Virus record (IMG/VR): IMGVR_UViG_3300010334_000030
Location: 64,001-128,000 of that record
Source: a virus
Strand: one strand, 5' to 3'
Length of the DNA stretch: 64,000 nucleotides
The notes under the pieces were generated by a model, which saw only the letters and a program-made list of their open reading frames with translations, was not told the DNA's origin and ran no database searches. How positions within the stretch are numbered: position 1 is the first letter of the stretch; the number at the start of each line of letters is the position of its first letter. Below are positions 30,738 through 39,639 of the stretch, in pieces. Made by a program: the position numbers and the translations under genes.

Positions 30738-30745
30738 TATATATC
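30738..30745 (-). promoter_or_regulatory. Putative late promoter GATATATA
   Basis: 45 nt upstream of the S1-like ATG. Confidence 0.65.
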
Positions 30746-30775
30746 AAATCTTAAGTTCCTTTAAGTGAAATAAGA

Positions 30776-31477
30776 TTATTTAGATTTGGAAACTCTACTA
30801 AGGTGAGCAATTATTTCCATTTTTTGAGAAGGAGATTCAGTTTCTCCAGTTTCAGTTTTATGAGTGTGTGAATTAAAAAGCTTCATAAAAGAATCTCCAA
30901 GGACTAACCTCTCGATTGCATTTTCTCCAAGCTCTATGCTAGAGCTATTAACAATAACTGTTTGTTTTCCGTTCTTCCTCTCCATGCGGATTTCATCGTC
31001 GTTCATTTTCAGAACAATCCTAAGATTTTCAGATCCATCTTTTGCGTTTTGAGTATCTAGTTGTATTGTTGCCTCCCCTAATTGAAATACCAATCCCTTC
31101 CTACGTGTATAGATCATTTTAAGTGGACCAGGTCGAGCTTCAGAATCGTATATAAGTGATTGCGTACCCTCATAAGAATTATCATCTTTGAGCTCAGATA
31201 AAAGATCATCAGAGATCTCCTTAATCGATTGATAGTTCATTTTATAATAATTATTCTCCTCAAAATGTACACCAACCACAGCTCCAATTCTAGGTATAGA
31301 AAGGTTACCCCCTCCGCCATTTCCACCAAAAGAAAGACCAGAGATTTGCTCTGCCCAAGGAAGATCTTCAACAGGAATATCATCAAGAACTCCGAAGACT
31401 CTCACTCTGGCTCTTCCCTCATAAAGCGGGTCCTTGTTATCTACAACTGAACCCAGGTATGTTTTTTCACTTGGCAT
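30776..31477 (-). CDS. gp5: Baseplate central spike (gp5 N-terminal OB fold / P2 gpV-like), no lysozyme domain
   Basis: GSVVDNKDPLYEGRARVRVFG..LPWA, IPRIGAVVGVHF; C-terminal FNSHTH (HxH metal-binding tip). Confidence 0.85.
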   Translation of the reverse strand: MPSEKTYLGSVVDNKDPLYEGRARVRVFGVLDDIPVEDLPWAEQISGLSFGGNGGGGNLSIPRIGAVVGVHFEENNYYKMNYQSIKEISDDLLSELKDDNSYEGTQSLIYDSEARPGPLKMIYTRRKGLVFQLGEATIQLDTQNAKDGSENLRIVLKMNDDEIRMERKNGKQTVIVNSSSIELGENAIERLVLGDSFMKLFNSHTHKTETGETESPSQKMEIIAHLSRVSKSK

Positions 31478-31479
31478 TT

Positions 31480-34400
31480 TTATTCAAATTTAGATTTAGG
31501 AGTATTAAGTCCTCCTGTGCTAATATTATATTTATCAGGTGGTTTTAGATTCCCTAAATTTATTGGGGGTTCCATTAAAAAATCTCCAGATACTGGCGGA
31601 TAATCCCTTCCAAGATCACCTCTTACTCTGGATGAAGAGATAGAAGGCGTTGGAGGATACACTGTCCCTGGAGGCTCGTTATTAAAAGTATTTAAAGGGT
31701 TGCCCATATCAAGATCAGGTCTCTGCTGTGAATATACCGGATTAGATCCTAATCCCTTAGCTGGATCCGAATATAATTTTTGATCGTAAACACCAGGGGT
31801 ATTTAGTGAATTGCTGTCGTATTCATTCTTGTAAGTAGAACCATAGCTTCCCGCTCCGAGACTGGATGTATTTGAATCCATTATTGGATTTGAATTTCTA
31901 TAAATACTACCAAAAATTTCTTGCTGGTTTAAATCTGTACCTGCCCCATAATTAGACTTCTCTTTTCCGAGATCTTTCCCTGGATGTGTTGGATATACAT
32001 CTGAGTTTTGTATATTGGAATACACGCTTTTAAATTTATCAAAACCTTCTTCTGTATTTTTAGGGTATGCCCTTTCGTTTATTCCTGGATAAGCTCTATC
32101 AGGTAATCCCAGATCTTTTCCTGGAATATTTGTATAAACGTCTCCTGGTGTTCTGGAATACACGCTTTCAATAGGATCAGAATTTCCTCCTCTCGATTCA
32201 GGATACACTTTTTCATTTATTCCGGGATAAGCTCTGGAAGGTAATCCTAGATCTTTTCCTGGGCTATCCTGATAAACATCCCCAGTTGTTTTAGAATATA
32301 CCCTATCAGGAGATCCTAGATCTTCTCCAGGAACATTAGGATATTCATCACCCTCTGGAGATTTATAAACTCTATTAGGAACACCTAAATTTTTACCCGG
32401 GGTTTCTGGGTAAACATCACCAAAAGTTTTAGGGTATACGCTATTAGGATCTCCAAGAGCATCACCAGGAACATTAGGATATTCATAACCCTCTGGAGAT
32501 TTATAAACTCTATTAGGAACCGATAGATCATTTCCTGGTGATCCTGGATAAACATCACCAAAAGTTTTAGAATATACCCTATCAGGAACACCGAGATCAT
32601 CACCAGGAACTTTAGGATATGAGTCTATACCGGGGGTTTCATAAAATCTATTCGGGATCTCTAAATCCTTTTCTGTTCTATTTGGATAAGCATCGCCAGA
32701 AGTTTTAGGATATACCCTATCAGGAACTCCAAGATCATCGCCAGGAACTTTAGGATATACATCTCCACCGGGAGATCCGTAAAATCTACTAGGAACACCT
32801 AAATCTTTACCTGGTGTTTCTAGATAAAAGTCACCTGAGATTTTATCATATACTTTTTCTGGAGATATTGTACCATCAACATTGGATTTAGGATATTCAT
32901 TTCCATATGGTGATTTATAAACCCTATCAGGGTTTCCTAAATCTTTACCTGGGGTTTCTGGATAAATATCGCCTGGCGTTCCTGGATATACTCTATCAGG
33001 AACTCCAAGATCATTTCCAGGAACTTTAGGGTACTCGTCTCCTGAAGACGGAGGGTATGCTCTATTTGGAACTCCTAAATTTTTGCCGGGGGTTTCTGGG
33101 TAAACGTCAACTGGTGTTCTGAAATACACACTTTCAAGAGGCGATCCAGTATTGTTATCAGTGACTCTAGGATACTCATCCCCTGTTGATTGAGTATAGG
33201 TTCTAGATGGTAGTCCTAAGTCTTTCCCTGGATTTTCTGGGTAAACATCTCCTGAAGTTTTACCATATACTCTATCAGGAACTCCAAGATCATTTCCAGG
33301 AACTTTAGAATAAACATCACCAGTAGACGAAGGATACGCTCTAGAGGGTAGTCCTAAATCATCCCCAGGAGAATTTGGATACACATCTCCGAAAATATTC
33401 GGATAAATTCTACCAGGGACTCCTAGATCCTTACCAGGAGATTTAGAGTACTCGTCTCCGAAAGGTGATTCGTAAAATCTGTTAGGAACCCCAAGAGCCT
33501 TTCCTTGACTATCAGGATAAACGTCGCCCTGAGTTCTTGGATAAACTCTATTTGGAGCACCAAGATCATCACCTGGAACTTTAGAATAGACGTCGCCATC
33601 AGGGGATTCGTAAAATCTGTTAGGCAAACCAAGGGCCTTTCCTTGACTGTTCGGATAGACATCACCGGATGTGGTCGGGTAAACTCTATCAGGAACACCT
33701 AAATCTTCACCTGGGTTTTTAGGATAAGCATCGCCTTCTGGTCCACCATATAGTCTATTCGGAACGCCCAAATCTCTTCCCGGGCTATCTGAATAAACAT
33801 CTCCAGATGTTCTTGGGTAAATTCTATCAGGAACCCCAAGATCTTCGCCAGGAACTTTAGGGTATACGTCTCCAGAGGGCTGGCTATATAATCTATTAGG
33901 AACACCTAGATCATTCCCTGGATTATTTGGATAGGAGTCACCAGTAGTCTTAGGATAAATTCTCTCAGGAGAACCAAGATCGTCGCCAGGAACTTTAGGG
34001 TATACATCTCCTCCAGGAGATCCGTAGAATCTATTTGGAAGTGATAGATCACTACCTGGACTGTTTGGATAAACATCGCCAGAAGGTGCTTGATAAACTC
34101 TATCAGGAACCCCGAGATCATCACCAATAACTTTAGGATATGCATCACCGTTTGGAGATCCGTAAAATCTATTAGGAACCCCCAAATCCCTTCCAGGGCT
34201 GTTTGGATAAACATCGCCAGAAGGTGCTTGATAAACTCTATCAGGAACCCCTAGATCTTCTCCTGGAGACTTCGTATAAAGATCCCCGGAAGGCTGACCG
34301 TATAGTCTGTTAGGAACCCCCAAATCCCTTCCAGGGCTGTTTGGATAAACATCGCCAGAAGGTGCTTGATAAACTCTATCAGGAACCCCTAGATCTTCTC

Positions 34401-37400
34401 CTGGAACTTTATAGTATGCATCGCCTTCTGGAGATTTGTAAACCCTATTCGGAAGTCCTAGATCTTCCCCTGGGCTATTTGGATAGACGTCTCCAGAAGG
34501 AGTTTGATAAACTCTATCAGGAGCTCCTAGATCTTCCCCTGGAACTTTAGAATACATATCCTCATTCAATGACCCATAAATTCTATTAGGAAGTCCAAGA
34601 TCTTCGCCTGGTGACTTTGAGTAAACATCGCCTGATGTGGTTGGATAAACTCTACCAGGGACACCCAGATCTTCTCCAGGAACTTTAGAGTATACATCTC
34701 CCTCAGTGGGTGCATAAACCCTACCAGGAAGTCCTAAATCAGGGCCAGGAGAATTTTGGTAAACATCACCAGCAGGATTTGGATAAACCCTATTAGGAAC
34801 TCCAAGATCATCGCCAGGAACGGTTTGATAAGCATCACCATTAGGTAAATTGTACTCTCTGTTAGGTAATCCAAGATCCCTACCTGGCGAATTTGAATAA
34901 ACATCTCCCGACGGTGTCGGGTATATTCTATTGGGAACACCTAGAGAATCTCCAGGTACCTCCGGATAAGCATCTCGATTACCTGGAGATTCGTATATCC
35001 TATTAGGAAGACCTAATTCACTCCCAGGAGAATTGGAATAGACATCTCCTGAAGGGGTTTGATAAACCCTATCAGGAACACCTAAATCTTCTCCTGGTGA
35101 TGTTGGATATAAATCACCTGATGCTACTTGATAAACTCTATCTGGAACACCTAGATCCTGTCCTGGAGATGCTGAATAAACATCACCAGATGGATTGTTA
35201 TAAATCCTATCAGGAATCCCTAGATCAGCTCCAGGAACTCCGGTATAAGCATCACCAGAAGCTTCAGGATAAGCCCTGTCAGGAAGACCTAGATCTCTTC
35301 CTGGACTGTTTGAATAAACATCTCCTTGAGGATCTTGATAGACTCTCTCAGGAGCTCCAAGATCTTTACCTGGAACTGTTGGATATACATCACCACCTGG
35401 GGATCCATAAATTCTGCTAGGAACACCCAGATCATTACCTGGACTGTTTGAATAAACGTCGCCTGATGGGGTTTGATAAACCCTTTGGGGAGATCCAAGA
35501 TCCTGCCCAGGAACGGTTGGATACTCGTCGCCACCAGGAGATGGATAAGCTCTTGTTGGTAGGCCCAAATCTGATCCTGGTGAAGTTGAATAGACATCAC
35601 CTGTCGGTTTTACATAAACTCTTTGTGGTGATCCAAGATCCTGTCCAGGAACTGTTGGATACTCGTCACCGCCAGGTGATGGATATGCCCTTGTTGGAAG
35701 GCCTAAATCTGAACCAGGTGAGTTTGGATATGCATCCCCTGTTGGTTTTACATAAACCCTTTGTGGTGATCCCAGATCCTGACCAGGAACTGTTGGATAT
35801 TCATCTCCACCTGGTGATAGATAAGCTCTTGTTGGTAATCCTAGATCTGCCCCTGGAGAAGATCTATAAGCATCATCCCTGACAGTAGGGTAAACTCTTT
35901 GAGGAACTCCGAGATCTTGACCGGGTGATGTTGGATATTCATCACCACTTGGACTATTGTATGCTCTTTGAGGAGGTCCACCCAGTCCTCCCCCTTGTGG
36001 TCCAGCCAACCTTGAGTTTCCACCGCCTAGACCCTGCAAGAAGTTTTGAGCATTATTAAAAGAAAGATTATTTCCATTCAGTAAAGCAGTATTAAAATTA
36101 TAGGCATTTCCTAAAATGGTTCGATCTACACCAGATAGAGATCTAGTAATGGATGAAACCCCCTCGTTGATCAAATCATTTAGAGAGTTACCTATAAAAT
36201 TTGTCAATAGATCCTTTCCAAGTTCAAGTATTCCTTGTAGTCCGGTTTTGGGGTTTGGTGCTTTTGGTGCTTGTTGAACAGACGATCTTGATCCGTCCCA
36301 GCTATCCCCAAGTATTAAAGGATTTCCGTCTAGTCTAATATTAGGAAACTGCGATCTCATTCTAACACGACCAACATGTATTTTGAATCCCTGTGTCACT
36401 ATATCAGGGGAGATAGTTCCTGGTGTCATTATATTTTGGACTGGAGTACTTTCACTGAAATCAAATTCGCAATTTCTACACTCAAAAACAATAACGGGTT
36501 TGATCCCAGACTGATCCTGTTGATTTTTAAAGGCAGCTAAATCGTTATTAACTCCAGCTGTATTTAAAATACCTCCGACAAAAGAGTTAAATGGATTAGC
36601 TGGATTTGTTCCTCCCCCTACTCCATACTGTTGATTCTGTCCTGCTGCAGCTTCCTCCGCTCCAAGAGAAGTTCCTGGATTTTTTGCATTGCCAAGAAGT
36701 GTTGATAGGTTGTCTATTGTTTTGAGTGTAGCAGAGGACCCTATAAGTCTAGAAGTTTTAAAGAAATTTCTTATCTCCGTAACAAAGATATACATCATAA
36801 ATCTTCTGAGGTTTCTAGGTACCAGCTCTCTCATATTATCATAATCAAAAGTGGCTTGATTGTATAGAGTAGCTAATGCGGTTATTCTTAGATTTAAAGA
36901 TTCTAATGTTTTAAATTCCAGGACTTTTCCTGCAGTTCTTTGTGGATTAAAATTAGAAGCGGAATCGTCAGGAAATCCACCTCTGGTAACTTTAGCTAAG
37001 GCATCAAGCCCAGTAATCGATTGTAAAAACCAAGGGTAGTTGTCAACAAGATCTCGCAGCGTTTCCTGAAATTGAAGAAGCATATCCGATCTTTTTCCTC
37101 CTGTTCTAAATCCATCCTCTCTGTCAGCTAAATATCCGCTTGCTGAGTAGAATGAGATTTCTCCAGCAGGTCCTGGTGTTTTAAATTCGTACATTGGCTG
37201 GCTGAATGGATTTCTGGCAGCAAAACTACTAAGATCCGCTCCTGTTAAATAGTTTTCTTTTTTTAAAAGAGGACTAGGAGGCAGACCGTCATCAGGATCA
37301 ACAGGTAAAACACCAAAATCAAAAACAACTTTAAACCCAAGGTATGTTGGGTCCTCATAATTTCCCTGTTTAGAAAGTTTAAACCCTTTTAAAAAGAGAC

Positions 37401-37425
37401 TCCTTTGTTTATCTGTTGCTGACAT
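31480..37425 (-). CDS. 1981-aa baseplate-module protein: ~480-aa globular N-domain plus ~58 tandem 23-aa Pro/Gly/Asp/Tyr repeats
   Basis: ORF between hub-like and spike genes; repeat consensus PSGDVYPxxPGxDLGVPxRVYxx. Confidence 0.8.
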   Translation of the reverse strand: MSATDKQRSLFLKGFKLSKQGNYEDPTYLGFKVVFDFGVLPVDPDDGLPPSPLLKKENYLTGADLSSFAARNPFSQPMYEFKTPGPAGEISFYSASGYLADREDGFRTGGKRSDMLLQFQETLRDLVDNYPWFLQSITGLDALAKVTRGGFPDDSASNFNPQRTAGKVLEFKTLESLNLRITALATLYNQATFDYDNMRELVPRNLRRFMMYIFVTEIRNFFKTSRLIGSSATLKTIDNLSTLLGNAKNPGTSLGAEEAAAGQNQQYGVGGGTNPANPFNSFVGGILNTAGVNNDLAAFKNQQDQSGIKPVIVFECRNCEFDFSESTPVQNIMTPGTISPDIVTQGFKIHVGRVRMRSQFPNIRLDGNPLILGDSWDGSRSSVQQAPKAPNPKTGLQGILELGKDLLTNFIGNSLNDLINEGVSSITRSLSGVDRTILGNAYNFNTALLNGNNLSFNNAQNFLQGLGGGNSRLAGPQGGGLGGPPQRAYNSPSGDEYPTSPGQDLGVPQRVYPTVRDDAYRSSPGADLGLPTRAYLSPGGDEYPTVPGQDLGSPQRVYVKPTGDAYPNSPGSDLGLPTRAYPSPGGDEYPTVPGQDLGSPQRVYVKPTGDVYSTSPGSDLGLPTRAYPSPGGDEYPTVPGQDLGSPQRVYQTPSGDVYSNSPGNDLGVPSRIYGSPGGDVYPTVPGKDLGAPERVYQDPQGDVYSNSPGRDLGLPDRAYPEASGDAYTGVPGADLGIPDRIYNNPSGDVYSASPGQDLGVPDRVYQVASGDLYPTSPGEDLGVPDRVYQTPSGDVYSNSPGSELGLPNRIYESPGNRDAYPEVPGDSLGVPNRIYPTPSGDVYSNSPGRDLGLPNREYNLPNGDAYQTVPGDDLGVPNRVYPNPAGDVYQNSPGPDLGLPGRVYAPTEGDVYSKVPGEDLGVPGRVYPTTSGDVYSKSPGEDLGLPNRIYGSLNEDMYSKVPGEDLGAPDRVYQTPSGDVYPNSPGEDLGLPNRVYKSPEGDAYYKVPGEDLGVPDRVYQAPSGDVYPNSPGRDLGVPNRLYGQPSGDLYTKSPGEDLGVPDRVYQAPSGDVYPNSPGRDLGVPNRFYGSPNGDAYPKVIGDDLGVPDRVYQAPSGDVYPNSPGSDLSLPNRFYGSPGGDVYPKVPGDDLGSPERIYPKTTGDSYPNNPGNDLGVPNRLYSQPSGDVYPKVPGEDLGVPDRIYPRTSGDVYSDSPGRDLGVPNRLYGGPEGDAYPKNPGEDLGVPDRVYPTTSGDVYPNSQGKALGLPNRFYESPDGDVYSKVPGDDLGAPNRVYPRTQGDVYPDSQGKALGVPNRFYESPFGDEYSKSPGKDLGVPGRIYPNIFGDVYPNSPGDDLGLPSRAYPSSTGDVYSKVPGNDLGVPDRVYGKTSGDVYPENPGKDLGLPSRTYTQSTGDEYPRVTDNNTGSPLESVYFRTPVDVYPETPGKNLGVPNRAYPPSSGDEYPKVPGNDLGVPDRVYPGTPGDIYPETPGKDLGNPDRVYKSPYGNEYPKSNVDGTISPEKVYDKISGDFYLETPGKDLGVPSRFYGSPGGDVYPKVPGDDLGVPDRVYPKTSGDAYPNRTEKDLEIPNRFYETPGIDSYPKVPGDDLGVPDRVYSKTFGDVYPGSPGNDLSVPNRVYKSPEGYEYPNVPGDALGDPNSVYPKTFGDVYPETPGKNLGVPNRVYKSPEGDEYPNVPGEDLGSPDRVYSKTTGDVYQDSPGKDLGLPSRAYPGINEKVYPESRGGNSDPIESVYSRTPGDVYTNIPGKDLGLPDRAYPGINERAYPKNTEEGFDKFKSVYSNIQNSDVYPTHPGKDLGKEKSNYGAGTDLNQQEIFGSIYRNSNPIMDSNTSSLGAGSYGSTYKNEYDSNSLNTPGVYDQKLYSDPAKGLGSNPVYSQQRPDLDMGNPLNTFNNEPPGTVYPPTPSISSSRVRGDLGRDYPPVSGDFLMEPPINLGNLKPPDKYNISTGGLNTPKSKFE
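31966..35989 (-). repeat. Coding tandem repeat, 69-bp unit with 138-bp higher-order period
   Basis: Units alternate YPKVPG/YPNSPG; 96-bp identical copies at 34172-34267 and 34310-34405. Confidence 0.95.
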
Positions 37426-37447
37426 TTGACGTTTAAAAAATTTAGTA

Positions 37448-37455
37448 TATTTATC
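37448..37455 (-). promoter_or_regulatory. Putative late promoter variant GATAAATA
   Basis: One mismatch to GATATATA (and to T4 TATAAATA), 23 nt before ATG 37425. Confidence 0.55.
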
Positions 37456-37461
37456 CCTATA

Positions 37462-39021
37462 TTAAAATAAATCCCTCGTTGGAGATATTGGAAATGCTTT
37501 AGGTAGGGCACCTGAGCTATTTGCATTCCAAACCCTCTTGGCCAAAGTTAAAGACTGTCTCATTCTTCCACCCGAATAACTCCAATAAACACTCACCCCA
37601 ATAACAACATAATTACCAGAAAGAAATAAATCCTGAACCGGCGAGGGGATGTCATTCGTTTCTCTATTACTCTGATTACCAGCATTCTGTTGTCTGAGCC
37701 CAGTTTCACTAACATAAATTTGAACAGGAACCACTTGACCCCTATAGATTCCAGGAAAATAGTTTTCTAATTCAACAACTAATGTCATTTTAGTTGCATC
37801 ATTTATGTTGATTAGATTTTGAAACTTCGCATGAATAAAATTAGGATGTACTCCATCACTTGGTGAAATTTTAGAATTTAAAACACCAAGCCATTCTATT
37901 CTCTTTTCCTCCTTATAAGAATTATCTCTAGCTCTACCTTTCTGAAGAATAGCGTCTATTCCAATCTTCTCTGGCGTCTGTGATTCTATATCATATTTTA
38001 TGTATTTGTTAGAAAGATTTTTTTCTTTCGCGTGTTCATCATAAAATCCTATCTGATTAACATATCCCATTTGATTAGTGTTAAGACCACTTCTAGAAGT
38101 CAAGGTATATCCAATTATAAAATAAGGAATTGTTCCATACCCACTAAGATTAGTTAAAACTAAAGGCCCTTGAACAGGTCCAGGATCTGGGGTTGCAGCA
38201 TATTCATTACTAGCTTGATAGCCTCCTCCAACATATCCGGGGAGGTAAACTGCAATTTGCTGAGGTGGATCACCATAATCAAACTGTGAGCCAAGATTAA
38301 CAAAATTGAGATTATAATAGCAATCTATCCAGCAATCAAAAAAACTTTTTTCGTCGTCCTTGTAAGCACGCAAAGAAACCTCTTGTATAAAATCATAATA
38401 TGAATATGATGGACATATCCAAGTCATCTTGTCATTTAAGGTCCTGTCATTTGTGGAAAATCCTAAGTTTAAATCCTGAGAAACCTGGAGCAAGCATTCA
38501 GAAGAGGTAACGTCTCTAAATGATTTAATTCGATTAGTATAGAGTCCAGGGATTCTACATTCACCCATAATGGTGAATTTTAAATTTTTACCTCTGCCTT
38601 CGGCATCTTTCCCGCTGGGGTCCATCACACTTGAAGGCTCACTATTCACAGAGAGAATACTAAAATCCATTCTAAATGGTTTATAGTAATCCCCAGGTGA
38701 TCTCATGTAAACAGAAGCTATATCACCATCCTTTGGGTAATTCACAGAAATAAAAACACTTTCTAGTGCATAGAAAGTAAATTTTACAATGGGCAAAAAT
38801 CCATCTAGATTCAGATCAAACTTTTTTAAATATTTAGTAACACTATATCCATTAATGGTTATAAAGGGAACATAAAGACCTATATTCTTTTCGACTACAA
38901 ATCCATCATCTCTTTCTTTCTGTAGATCGTCTGGGTTCTTTCTTCTATCTACTTGGACCTGTTCATCCAATTTGATATTGTTTAAAGCTAAAGTTACTAT
39001 TTGGATATCCTCTAATGACAT
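37462..39021 (-). CDS. Putative baseplate hub protein (gp27/GPD-like)
   Basis: Position between LysM/gp53-like and spike genes; KMTWICP..SYYDFI..V, WIDCYYNLNFV and C-terminal LSGNYVVIGVS..W....MRQSLTL typical of hub proteins. Confidence 0.6.
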   Translation of the reverse strand: MSLEDIQIVTLALNNIKLDEQVQVDRRKNPDDLQKERDDGFVVEKNIGLYVPFITINGYSVTKYLKKFDLNLDGFLPIVKFTFYALESVFISVNYPKDGDIASVYMRSPGDYYKPFRMDFSILSVNSEPSSVMDPSGKDAEGRGKNLKFTIMGECRIPGLYTNRIKSFRDVTSSECLLQVSQDLNLGFSTNDRTLNDKMTWICPSYSYYDFIQEVSLRAYKDDEKSFFDCWIDCYYNLNFVNLGSQFDYGDPPQQIAVYLPGYVGGGYQASNEYAATPDPGPVQGPLVLTNLSGYGTIPYFIIGYTLTSRSGLNTNQMGYVNQIGFYDEHAKEKNLSNKYIKYDIESQTPEKIGIDAILQKGRARDNSYKEEKRIEWLGVLNSKISPSDGVHPNFIHAKFQNLININDATKMTLVVELENYFPGIYRGQVVPVQIYVSETGLRQQNAGNQSNRETNDIPSPVQDLFLSGNYVVIGVSVYWSYSGGRMRQSLTLAKRVWNANSSGALPKAFPISPTRDLF

Positions 39022-39030
39022 AATTAAGGA

Positions 39031-39621
39031 TTAAGAGTTATTTGGTAAATTGAATCCACCTCCACCTGCGGAAGGAGCTAATACAAGGTATCCATTTTTC
39101 TTATCGATTGGAGATTCACCTGGCTGTGCAACGTTAGGAGGTAGCATCATCTGTGGATTGTTTTTAATCTGGCTGTTCAAAAATTTCTTTCTTCCGTCGC
39201 TAATTTCAAACTTTTTTTGCTCCTGATTTTTTCTAAATCCCTGATTTGGATTAGTGTTTGTGTCGCTAGATACCATTTTCTGATTTAAAATCTGTCTAGC
39301 ATTAAACATATCATCAATTGTTCTGTTATCAGGAACAGCCAAAAGTTGTCCCTGATTTAGTGAGAACGGATTACTTATTGCATTAAATTTAAGCAAGGTG
39401 CCCATCTGATTTTGATTACCCATTTTAATGGTAGCAATTAAATCGGGTCTCATTTGGAAATATTCGGTAACTATTGCAAGTGCCTTGTAATCTGGACCGA
39501 CCCCCTGAAAGCTAATAGAGGGTTTAGTTAAATCCCAAATTCCATAATTCCAAAGGGTCAATCCAGATGATGGATTAAATACCGATTTATTTCTAACAAG
39601 CGTGTCTATCTCTAAAGCCAT
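39031..39621 (-). CDS. LysM/gp53-like baseplate protein
   Basis: RPDLIA...LLKFNAISNPFSLNQGQLLAVP motif. Confidence 0.75.
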   Translation of the reverse strand: MALEIDTLVRNKSVFNPSSGLTLWNYGIWDLTKPSISFQGVGPDYKALAIVTEYFQMRPDLIATIKMGNQNQMGTLLKFNAISNPFSLNQGQLLAVPDNRTIDDMFNARQILNQKMVSSDTNTNPNQGFRKNQEQKKFEISDGRKKFLNSQIKNNPQMMLPPNVAQPGESPIDKKNGYLVLAPSAGGGGFNLPNNS

Positions 39622-39639
39622 AAAAAAAAATTAAATTAA

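Noticed and set aside
31966-35989. 69-bp periodic DNA repeat as CRISPR array or DGR
   Set aside because: No constant repeat/unique spacer alternation; variation is codon-structured inside a single open frame; no cas or RT genes
31966-35989. YPTSPG/YSNSPG resemblance to RNA polymerase II CTD heptads, or a multi-core RiPP precursor for the nearby amidoligase/AsnB
   Set aside because: Period is 23 aa, not 7; no leader, RRE, peptidase or transporter context; gene sits in the baseplate module
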